DNA from: Salpingoeca rosetta
Lineage: Eukaryota; Protista; Choanoflagellata
Direction: 5' to 3'
DNA length: 64,000 nt
NCBI GenBank assembly: GCA_033442325.1
Contig: JAWQFM010000001.1
Location: 3,259,102 to 3,323,101 of the forward strand
Position 1 is the first letter of the stretch; each line of letters starts with the position of its first letter. A model generated the notes under the pieces. That model was not told the DNA's origin, ran no database searches, and was given only the letters and a program-made list of their open reading frames with translations. Shown here piece after piece: positions 1-11,887 of this stretch. Position numbers and translations under genes: made by a program.

Positions 1-1618
1 GCGAGCAGCAGCAACAGCAGCGATGACAACGACAGCAGTGACAACGACGAGAACAAGGTCGCATCAGCTCAAGCTGCAACCGCGTTTGTGACAGAGTATG
101 CAGGGCTGATGTGCAATGTGTTGAAGCAAGCCATGAGCACGCTGTTCCACCGCCCACCACGCAAGTGTTTGGCGCCGACCGCAGCCATCACACAGCTGGC
201 GGCGCATCACGCCTTGTTCAAACTGCACGCACACGTACAGCTTGCTGCAGACCCCAAACACAGCCAGAACAGCAAGAACAAGGACGTGAGCGGCACCTTG
301 CGCACGTGGGCGAAGGAACTTCGATCCTTCCTCGACGCAGCACTGCGCAGGGCTCGTGAGCAGGATGCATTGGACGCCACTGCCCAGTCCCTTGCAGAAG
401 CGCTGCTCTTCTTGCACGGCATGTGCATGCTGCACGCCGCCAGCAACGGCACCGAGGAAGATGATGGCAACGGCAATGGCAAGCGCCCCACAGCCACCCT
501 GTTTGCTGGTGCGTGCGGTGTTCTTGAGCGGATGTGTCTCGCGCTTCTGACGCACGCCGGGCGTGAATCCATCGCCGAGGAGGCAGCACAAGCCATGCAA
601 GCCCAGCACGCCCACATTTCCAGGCACAGCGAACGCGCCGAGAACGTTGTCGATGAGGATCAGGGGCAGCGCATTTTCTCTCACGCACAAGAACACCAAC
701 ACAGTGGCGCAGATAATGGACAGGATGGCAGCAAAACTGTGGCAGCAACGGCCCCCGAAAGTAGTCTGGAGCAGCTCTTGTGTGACATTGACTTGTTGGT
801 GCAGTCCGTCTCCAGCAGTCCCGCGCCAACACAAGCAATTCTCGATACGGCCACTACTATCGCCACCGCACTCGAAGCCTTCGGCCCTCAGCACGACCTG
901 TCCACCGCTCTTCTCTCGGATGTCATCACAGGCACTTCCAAGGCCCTGGCCCTCGCATATGGTGAGGGGCGTGTATGTGTGTGGGAATTTGTAGCTGCGT
1001 GTGTGAATTTGTCGCTCCTTTACGTCGGTAACTGAGGTGCACGGCATGTGCATGCTGCACGCCGCCAGCAACCGGCACCGAGGAAGATGATGGCAACCGG
1101 CAATGGCAAGCGCCCCCACAGCCACCCTGTTTGCTGGTGCGTGCGGTGTTCTTGAGCGGATGTGTCTCGCGCTTCTGACGCACGCCGGGCGTGAATCCAT
1201 CGCCGAGGAGGCAGCACAAGCCATGCAAGCCCAGCACGCCCACATTTCCAGGCACAGCGAACGCGCCGAGAACGTTGTCGATGAGGATCAGGGGCAGCGC
1301 ATTTTCTCTCACGCACAAGAACACCAACACAGTGGCGCAGATAATGGACAGGATGGCAGCAAAACTGTGGCAGCAACGGCCCCCGAAAGTAGTCTGGAGC
1401 AGCTCTTGTGTGACATTGACTTGTTGGTGCAGTCCGTCTCCAGCAGTCCCGCGCCAACACAAGCAATTCTCGATACGGCCACTACTATCGCCACCGCACT
1501 CGAAGCCTTCGGCCCTCAGCACGACCTGTCCACCGCTCTTCTCTCGGATGTCATCACAGGCACTTCCAAGGCCCTGGCCCTCGCATATGGTGAGGGGCGT
1601 GTATGTGTGTGGGAATTT

Positions 1619-1665
<47 letters not shown>

Positions 1666-4027
1666 TAGCTGTGTGTGTGTGGGGGGGGGGGTTGCTGTCG
1701 CAGTGTTGGTTTGCCGTGAGGCACCAGGTTGTGCATACACACGCGCGCTGGAACTGCCACGAAACATGTAGTGATAGTGAGTCCACCACCTAACGCCATG
1801 ACCTTGAAATGCGTGATGTGCACTGCACTCGGTCCATGACTACGTACAGGCCGTGTGTTGCAGAGCAAGGAGCGAAGCGGCACAGACGCGCCTGTGTGGT
1901 GCCGTCTTGCCACGGCAGTGAACCAGCTCTCTCAACACTTGTGCGACGCTGCTGATACGAAAACCACCGCGTGGCTGTGCCAGGTTGGACATGGTGTTGT
2001 CTCATTCCTCTGTGTGTGTGTGCTTGTGTGTGTGCTTGTGTGTGTGTGTGTGCTTGTGTGTGTGTGTTTGTGTGTGTGTGTGTGCTTGTGAGTGTGCGTT
2101 CGAGTGATGTGCGCTTGGTTTGTGTGCTGTTTGCCAGATGTTTGCGTACACGTGCGTGCAAGTGTGCGCATTGTGTCGTGTCTAAATTGGCCCGGCATTT
2201 CTTGCAACAATGCAGCACTGTGTCGAGCCGAAACGTTGCGTTCTGTTCATGAGCAGCCGCCAAACCGCCCGCCTTACCACTAATGTGCCATCCACACCAA
2301 CACCACACCGTACTAAACACGGATTCAGGCTCTCTGTGGGTTTGTCCGAGCAACTTGGCCCATCGTTACTGCTGCAGGTGCGATTTTCACTTCCCAACGT
2401 GTTTGCGGTCACCAATGTGGCCCAATGCCATGATGTGTTGCGTGGAACGCGTGCGGCTTGCATTCGCGCGGTTGCGCGCGCGTGTGTGGTTGTGAACATT
2501 TCGATGCTGGTGCAATCGCTCACGCCAAAGTTTTTCGTGCACGCGCCGCAGAAGACGGAGGCGATGGCGCCGCCGGTGAAAGCCTTTCTCGAGGCATTGC
2601 CTGCATGCACCTCTGCATCACCACAGACAACCGCTCATGCTTGGCAGAGGTTGGCTCATACACGATTCACACGTGTGTGTGTGTGAGTGAGTGTGTGTGT
2701 GTGAGTGTGGTTTGCTCGTGTGAGAAAGCGCGCGTGTATGCCTTCCCGCTTTGTTTTCCCTTGTACTTGTACACGATGCGCTCACTCACATTCGTCCAAA
2801 TCGTGTTCATGCTGCAGGATAATGTGAGCACGCTGCTGTCCATGTTCGACACACTCGCGTACAACACTGCCCTTGAGCTCTACCGATCGCGCCATCGTCG
2901 GCAGCGCCAACAGCAGCAGCAGCGCCACGAACTTCCTCTGTTGTGTGCGGTGCTCTCGTACTCCGCTGCTGTGTGCACCCACCAATCACCGGCAAGCGCC
3001 TCTGCAATCAAGCACAGGGCAGCACGCCGTGATCTCATGACAAAGGTGTGTGTGTGTGTGTGTGTTTGTGTGTTTGTATGTGTGTGTGCAGTCAGCGAGC
3101 AGACAGCGCATGTCGTGCTTATACCCATCACCGCTGTGCTGCTTGTGTGCATTGCAGTTTGTGCTTGGCCGCCATTGCGCTCCTCTCAGCTCACCTCCGA
3201 TTACACCGTACACCACCACCCTCGCCGATTGCTTGCGCACCCCCCCCCAAAACCAACCACTACCACATCACGCATGCATATCTGCGGCTGCAGCTGGCGT
3301 GTCGAACGCACGGCCAAGCAAAAGGCACTGCGATCAAGGCTGTGCTCGCGTGCATGGGGCGAACTGACCAGCAGGCGCGACTGTGCGCATGCGAAGATGC
3401 GGCTCTAGTCTGGTCTCATGTGCTTTCTGCAAACACCTCGCTCATAGCGATTGACACCGGTACATCAGACGCGCCTTGCCAACAGGAGCGGTTTCGCCTC
3501 GCATGGCAAACGCATGATGACACCACGGTCGCACCACAGCCAACGGCACCACTTCTTCCTCACCTGCTCAGGCAATTCCTCACTGATGCGGTAGGATGCA
3601 CACATACATGTGCAATTTTGCACGTGCGTGTGTCTGCTTGCACTTTGGCGGTGGAGGTTGAAATGTTGCACCTGTGTGGGAGAGGTGTGCGCGCGGTAAC
3701 AAGCCATCTTTTTGTTGTCAACGGCTGAGTGTTTTGCTCAACCCATTCAATGCATGCGCGTGTGTGAATGATCAACAACAGCCCGGTCCCAGCATTGCCG
3801 CTCTACTCGAGACACTGGCGCACCACAACCCAAAGGTGCACGTGACGGCACACACGCATGCGTACATGTTTGCTCGGCTGCGTTGCTGCTGATGCTTTGC
3901 TGTATCGTGTGTTGGTCTACTTGCGTATGTTTGCGTGTGTGTATGTGTGTGTGTGTGTGCGCGTGCGTGCGTGTGTGCGCGTGCGTGTGGGTGGGCGGGT
4001 CTACATGTGTGTGTGGGTGGGTGGGTC

Positions 4028-4066
<39 letters not shown>

Positions 4067-7000
4067 GCAGGGGTCCACTCTGTGTGTGTGTGTGTGTGCG
4101 TTGCGGCGGGTGTGCCTGCGCTGTAGCTTGGGTTTGTTTGCACATGTCTGTTGTCAATCCACTTGCACTTGGATCCAGTCCACCCACCTTGCACTCATTG
4201 CGCCCACGTTCCATTTCACCTGCGTCGCCACCATGTCCATCACCGTCACTGTACAGGCTGGCGCGTCCCGGGGTGCATTCATCCTCCTGCTTGTAGTGCT
4301 CGAGCACGCGTTGGGCGCGAGCGAGGGAACACGTGGCGGTCGTGTCGACGATGCAGTCCCAAGCATCACTTTGAACACCTTGACCAACGTTGTGCTGAAC
4401 ATTTTCCACTACAGGTGCGTTGGTGTGGCAGCTGTCTTGCGCTTGTGACATCGAGCGGGTTTGTGTGCCTCCTGCTGTCGTCACATGTGCCACTGTTCTG
4501 CGACTGACGTACTCCAACACACACACACACACAACACACCCCCCCCCCGCCATTCACAACGTACTGCTGGTACTTGTTCATTCCTATTCTTTCATCTGCT
4601 CCGCTGCGTTGACACACACACACGCACACGCACACTTGTGCACCAACGATTGCGTTGCAGGCTGCAGTTGGGTGTGCCAAAGACCACGGCTATTGCGGAG
4701 AGCTTGCTGTCCTCGTCCCTCCATGTGGTGTTTGAGAGTCTCTTAAAGCATATGGACACTCTGCTTGCTGCAATGTCACCGTCGTCGCAAGGCGTCACTG
4801 TCTCAACCAGCGCTGCGCGGGCCCTGCTTTTTGCTGATCCGACAACCGGTCTTGAGCCCAAGCCTTCGTCTGGCCTGGCCCCAGAGCTTTGCGCCTCCCT
4901 GTGCCTTCTCTTTGCCAGCAACTACGACGCGACAAACATGGTCCGCACCCTCATGTTTGTGATTTGCCAGCGAATTGATTGCAGTCAACTGCAGACACGC
5001 ACACGCACATGCACATATGTACGTGTCCGTATGTACACCCATGTGAAGCACGCCCACACGCTCACAAGTGCACACGACCACACGCTCACAAGTGCACACG
5101 ACCACACGCTCACAAGTGCAAACGCATACGCACCCTCTCTCCCCCCTGCCTCTTTCTCTCTTCCTCGCGACACACACACACATGTAAAATACATGTCTCA
5201 CTTATGTGTCTGCTTTCATGGAGCACCCGTTCTTACATGACATGCTTGTGCGTTTCACTATTCAGGGGCTGTGGCTGAACCAGTTGCAGTGCGTGATGCA
5301 AGATAAGGAGGAGGGGTGTCACGATGACTACGATGAGACTGCTGTCGTGTTCTCCCTGCTGCACAGACACTGGCTCTCCCTCTGTTCCACACTGGGCATC
5401 ACCAGCAACCACAACCACAGCAGCAGCTTGAGCAGCAAACGCAGTGAAGACAATGTGACGACAGCACATGGTGTCGCAAACACCGCCCGCAATGCAGCTG
5501 TTGAGGCGCTCACCGCTGCTGAGGATGAGCTGGATGCGTGTGTACAGCAGCTTGAAAGTGACGCACCGCACGTTGCCTTGCATTCGCTGCTCGCACGCGT
5601 GGAAGCGGGCACCTCCTTGCAGGCCACGCTGGACGCGACGCGGTGGCGAACAGTGTGTGCTTTTGGCCCTCTGGTTAACACGCGCGCGGTGCTGCTGCTG
5701 GGGCGGTGCTACGAGCACATGGGCTGGGTCAGTCATGCCACAGCGTGCTTTCGCCGCCTGCAAACGCAAGCAGGCCGTCTCAGCAGCAGCGGCGTAGACG
5801 CTCTTGCCCGCTCCCACATGGCCGACGTGCTGCTGTGGGCTGGGCGCGTTGACAGCGCACGCGAGGTACTTGACACACCAGCACGTCACGTCGTCGAATG
5901 CCCCACGCTTCCAGCACCGAGCAAAGACAACGCGACTGTCTCACCAACTGCACCAACATCTCCGCCCTCATCCGCACCGGAGCCCATCGCCTCCATGGCA
6001 GCGTGCACTCGGGCCGAGGTGCTCACACGCATGGGGGAGGCGACAGGTGCTGCGCTGTGCAGCTGCATTGCCACAGCAGCGGCAGCCGTTGTGAACACGC
6101 AACAACGTGTCAGCGCCATAAGGAACAGCTTGGCACACGACTGCTTGTCCACCTCTTCTCGTGGTGATGGACAGCCTCCCACGGGATGTGACGCGCACAA
6201 CCAACACCTTCTTCCATCTTGGCTGAGACTGCTTGCGGCTCGTGCACGCGTGAACGTGCACAACGCACTCTCCCACCAGGACACAGACTCTGGCGATGCA
6301 GTGGACGCCATGACCGCTGAGGTGAACAAGCTCAACATTGCAGACAGCAACCACCAGCAGCAGCGGCAGCATGAGGGGCAGGTGCAACCCATCCAAGAGC
6401 AGCAACAGCGTCGACAACAGCCACATTGCGGCCAGCGTCGCACGGAACGCAAGGAGGGGCGACGCGACACGACAAAGACGAACGAAGCGACACAGCGCCG
6501 GAGGAAGGCGGGCAAGAAGTGCACACCGCACGACGCGAATGATGATGCCAGTGTGAGCTGTGACAATGAGAGTCTGGGAAAACGCGAAGCTGCGGCCGCC
6601 TTTGACGCTGATGTGCGTCGCAAAGCGCTGTCGAAGATGCTGGTGAAGGAGCTGAAGCCGATGCTGAGGTCAAAGGGACTGAAGGTGTCGGGGTTGAAAG
6701 CAGAGCTGGTGGAGCGATTGTTGGAGGCGGAAGCAGAGGAGGTCGATGCCGCCGCCGTCGCCGCTGCTGCTTCTGCTGCTTCTGCCGTTGCAGATGCTAA
6801 CGCAGATGATGCAGAGGTACAAGAGGAGGAGGGAGGAGAAGAAAACGGAGGAGGAGCAGAAGAAGGAACGGGGAGCGAGGCGTGTAGTGACAATGACGGT
6901 GAAGCCTGCGAAGACTGCCTTGATGGCAGCGATGATGTGATGCAGCGCCCACAACTCGAGCTGGAGAAAGAGGAGCGGGACACGACTTATGCAGAACACA

Positions 7001-10000
7001 TGCGCAGCAGCCGAGTCCCTCTCTGCAAGGAGGATACAATGCACTGGCTGCAGCAGCACGCCAACCACCCTCTCGTAACCGTGACACCTTCTCCCGAAGC
7101 AGAGTCAAACACGGAGCCGCCCCCAGCGCAGGAGGTGCGTGTGTATCTGTGTGTGCGCATGCTTGCGTGCGTGCGCATGTACGTGTGTGCACGTGCTTGC
7201 GTGTGTGTGTGTGAGTGTGTATGTGTGTGTGTGTGCTCTTCACGTTGTCACGGTTGACACCACGCCAACCTTCTTTCAGCGTCCCCAAAATTGTTACTGC
7301 CACTTGTACATCAACACTTCGCACGCAAACACACACACACATACACTCACACACACGCACACATACACGTTTTGAGCAGGTCATTGCGCAACAGTGGAAG
7401 GCGGTGAATCAGCATTTTGCCTGGCGAGTTCAGGCTTCCGCTCAGACGAACAACAAACGCAAGCACTTTCAAGCAGCAGCAGCAGTAGCAGATGTGTGCG
7501 GACAAGATGCGTCTGTGAAGCAGATTGCGGCAAGTTTGCCGGTGGGCGTGGCGCTGTGTACGGTGTCGCGCCTTCAAGAAAGCACGCTGTTGCTGTCACG
7601 GGTTGTTCGGAGATGTGACGGCCAAGTGGAGAGCATTTCAGTGCCAGTGGTCGCCGACACCTGCGATGCATGGGGACACCAGGACGATGAAGACGCCATG
7701 AGCTGCGAGGAGGACGGAATTGCGAGCGGACCAGACGCGGTGATGGGCACTGCGGGCCGTCGAAGAAAACCGCCAAAGCTGGAGCTGTTCAAGCTGGAGG
7801 AGGAGGATGAGGAGGACGAGGACGAGGAGAAAGAGGGGAATGAGTGCGCTGGGTGTGCGGAGGTGGGAGAGGACACAGAAGAGACAGTGCAGACGAGGGT
7901 ACGTCGCAACAGCAGCAGCAGCAGCGGCAGCGGCAGCAGAAGGCGAATGAGAACACGTCGAACGTCAAGGCGACGCGTGTGTGAACAAGGGCTGCGGAGC
8001 GTCGTGGAAGGTGACATCATGGGCAGCAACGAGGGGTCAGCCGACATGAAAGTCACACAGTTTGGTCACGTGCGCCGGCGCTTTGAACCCCTCGTGGCGA
8101 CGGCAACGACATGCCAACGGCCTCGTCAACCGAGGAGCACGAACAACCGTACCACTGCCCGTGGTAGCGATGGCGATGGTGATGCTATTGCTGATATGGT
8201 TGTGCGCATGGCTGGCATCATTCAGGACAACAAGGCGTCGATTGCAATGGACGGCAGCACGCCGGAGGGCCGGCGGCGGTGGTGGCAGACGCGTCATGCA
8301 CTCGACGCACGACTGCAGCGCTTGCTTGAGGAGATGGATGAAGGCGTGCTTGGCCCGCTACGTGGCCTGCTTGGGGGCGAATACAGGAACCCTCAGCTCA
8401 ACAACTTCATCGACGATAAGGTGTCACAATTTGATGTCATTAATGTTTTGCTGTCTGGTGAAAATCAGGAAGCGCATCCTTTGGCATTGTGCTCATTCCA
8501 TACCTGGTTGTCCATATGTGGTTTTCTGCGTTTTACGTGCACCGGCACGTCTTTTTGAGTGCCGTCATGTTGACATCAGTGTGTTGCGTTTGTTTATTTG
8601 TTCTTGTTTTGTTTTTGTTTTGTTTTTTGGCCCTGCTCACACTCACAATGCTACTGTTGTGGTGTTGTCACAGGTGATCAAGCTTGAACAAGAGCTCGGC
8701 GTGCCTCAGCTCCAGCGGCCGCTGTTGCGTGCGCTGGTGTCCACTGTGACGGAGGATGCGTGTCGAGGTCGAGCGTTCAGTGCTCAGAGATGGTCTCGCG
8801 TGGCACATGGCCGCCTGCTTCACACCACAGTTGACGATGCACAGGTGAGGGAGGATTTGTGGAATGGGTACTGGCATGATGCGAACATGTGACGTGGCTT
8901 CCGTGTCAATTCATGGCCTTGTTTCGCTCTGCTAACCGTATTGAACCATTTTGCTTGGGTGTTGTTTCCTCGTTGGCACCCAGAACAACCTCGCCCCTGT
9001 GTTCTCGAGACTACACACCGACGCCCGCGCGTTTGCTCACGAGGTGAACACCATCCTCTGCTTGGCATGGCCGGGGGTGGAAGTGTGGTTGCCTGTGCTG
9101 CTGCTTCTCCTTGCACAAGTTACCTTCCTCTAACGAACGCATTGGCTGGTCCTCTGTGCTGTGTCATGACAGGTGCTTGGCCTCCCGACAGAAGCAACGA
9201 CAAGCGCAACAGGCGGTACGACAGCAGCCGCTGATGTCCCGGATACACCCATTGCCTTCTCCCGCTCGAGAAAGGGCAAGGCGCGCGCGCGTGTCAGGAG
9301 TGCGGCCGTACAATCCAGTGCAACAGCGGACACGGCCGTGCGACGCAAACACACCTCAGCCCCGGCGTCACTGTTTGGCTTTGAGAGCGACCCTGATGAC
9401 GACCACGAGCCAGTGGGGCCCGGCACCGCACAGGGCAGCAGCAATGGCGATGGCGTTGGCGCTGATGCAATGCGAAAGCGACAGGATCTTGTTGACAGTG
9501 CGCTGCAACGCGAACACACGCTGCTGTTGCTCGACGGCGATTTGCAGATGCTGCCGCTGGAATCCATGCCCTCTCTCCGGTCACAGCCCGTGTCGCGTCT
9601 TGTGTCGATTCAGCACCTGCAGCACTTGCTGGCGCTACATGAGAAACAGGATGGTTGTCACGATCAGCAGGACATTTGCACTTCCGTATCTCTCAGCAAC
9701 TGCACGTTCATCATCAACCCCGCAGGCGACCTTTCCGCCACACAAGGTCACAAAGCGTTTGATGCCTTTGCTACTTTGTTTGTGGTTGTGTGGTTATGTG
9801 TGTGTTTGCATGTGTTTTTTTTTTGTGTTTGTTTGTGTGTGTGTGCTTGCTTGATTTGTCTGTGTGTGTGTTTGTTTGTGTGCTTTGTTCCTTGAATATG
9901 CGCGTGTCCATGCATGAGTGCGCGTATTGGAACAATGCCTCCGATCCTGACGCATGTGCTTGTGCATGATAGAACGCATACTACCTGTGGTGAAGCGGCT

Positions 10001-10098
10001 TGGATGGAGCGGACATGCTGGGCAGGCCGTCACTGCAACGCAGGTGCGTGCTGTTGCAACGTGAGCGTGTTGGACACCCACACGGACACGCGAGCGCG

Positions 10099-10136
<38 letters not shown>

Positions 10137-11390
10137 CACACAAGCGCACGCACACACACACACACGCACGCACGCACGAAAACACACATGCAAGCGTGCC
10201 GAGACACAACAGCTTCGACACAGTATGTTCAACACTCATGTGTGACTGCTTGTGTTGACGTGTACTTGTAGTTTGCCGCGGCTGTGGAAGGGGCGGATGT
10301 GTTTATGTTCTGCGGGCACGGATCCGGCCGCAAATACATCCAGGTGGGCGCCTGCGTGTCCTGTTTTCACAACGCGTTTGAAGTGACTCTTTCAGATGGC
10401 CTGTGTGCTTCACCTGTGCGCCCAAACAATTACGCATTCTAGCACATATGTTCACAACACCCGCATATCTAACACGCATTCACGAACTCGCGTGCAACGC
10501 ATATATTTGGACACACACACTCGCTTACTGTACCTCCCTTTTCTTATTTTTGGCGCAGAGCGATCAAGCGCGCCGGCTGCAGGCGCGCCGCGGGATCATG
10601 CTGATGATGGGCTGCAGCAGCGGCCGCCTCAATCCACAGGGCTACGTAAGCTGCCCTGCAACAACACCCTCATGTACATCCTGATCGCGCGTGGCTGCGT
10701 GCATGACAGTGCGGCGGTGTTGCCGTGTCTGCACGCCACACCAACCTCGCACACACGCACACACGCACACACACACACACGCACACACGCACACACACAC
10801 ATGCATGCACATTCGAATACACACACACACACACATGCACACCTGCACACATGGACGTGTCGGCTGCATCTCAACCCCCTTGCCTCACCTTCTCAATCAC
10901 CTCCATGTGCCCTGGACCTATTGCTATGTCCTGCAGTACGATGCGGACGGGATGGTGCTCAACTTCATCGAATCTGGGGCGCAGGCCGTTGTCGCCAATC
11001 TTTGGGACGTCACCGACCTGGACATTGACAAGTTCACACTCCACATGCTCCAGGTGGGAAACATGCTTTGTGCGACAGCACCTGAATTGTATAACGCAGT
11101 GGACAGTCGGTCTGCCGGTGTCCATGCCACATCATGATCGCAGTTCGCCTGGCTAACATGATGCTCCATCCCCCAACCCCACCCCTCACCACCGCCACCA
11201 CTCTTCACCACTACCACAACTGCAGGACCTGGAACGCGTCAAGACAAGAAGTGGTGGTGATGTGCCTGAAGCGTGCAAGGGCCTGTGCGACCTTGTGGCA
11301 AAGGCGCGGCGTGAATGCTTCCTGGCATACCTCAACGGTGCTGCACCCGTTGTGTACGGTCTGCCCGCACACTTTGTGCCTGCAGCGTGA
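1..11390 (+). CDS. ESP1: Separase (peptidase C50), multi-exon, 5' end outside window
   Basis: Spliced C-terminal exons give the separase motifs RRWWQTRHALDARL (~8270), LLLLDGDLQMLPLESMP (~9520), FIINPAGDL, the catalytic His exon 10272-10343 (DVFMFCGHGSGRKYI), the catalytic Cys exon 10559-10645 (LMMGCSSGRL), VVANLWDVTDLDIDKF and YLNGAAPVVYGLP, with TGA at 11388-11390. Frame 1 is open from base 1. Exon boundaries in the upstream helical/TPR-like part are not all resolved. Confidence 0.93.
413..1620 (+). repeat. Near-identical tandem duplication (413-992 / 1038-1620) inside a separase exon; probable assembly artefact
   Basis: The copies differ only by extra C's near the start of copy 2 (caacc, aaccgg, gccccc). 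The junction is 45 bp of unrelated-looking sequence. Confidence 0.85.
6628..6732 (+). other. SAP DNA-binding domain embedded in the separase CDS
   Basis: LSKMLVKELKPMLRSKGLKVSGLKAELVERLLEAE matches the SAP consensus LxxLxVxELKxxLxxRGLxxSGxKxELxxRL. It is in frame within ORF 5206-7257. Confidence 0.85.
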
Positions 11391-11887
11391 GCATCCTACG
11401 TTACTTGTTGTTTGATGAAACACGGTAGTGGTATTGGTGGAGGTGTTGGCTTGAGATGCAGGGTTGCTCCCTGCATGTGTGCAACACATTGTTTGTGCAA
11501 GTGCGTTTGAAGATAACTGCCCTAAGGAGTGGTGTGGCTCGCGTTGAGGCCTTGCTGCGACCACCATCTGCGTTGCGTGCTGTCCTGAATGGGAAAATTG
11601 TCTACTCGTCGTTCATAAAGGAAGTGCTGAAGTGGCAACAACTACAGCTTGTGTGATGGCGGGGTAACATGAACAACACGCAAAACACATGAAATAACAA
11701 CACACAAAACAATACTTGCATGCAACTAAGGCTCGTGCTACTCCTTAACAGAACGCCCGGTGCAAACACCAGCACAACATTGAAATGGCGCTGCAAACGT
11801 ACACTTGCAGCACCTAAAACCTGCAATCGGGAAACACCAGGAGCACATGGGCATTGGTTCAACAACCTCGAATGAAAAACTTCGCAA

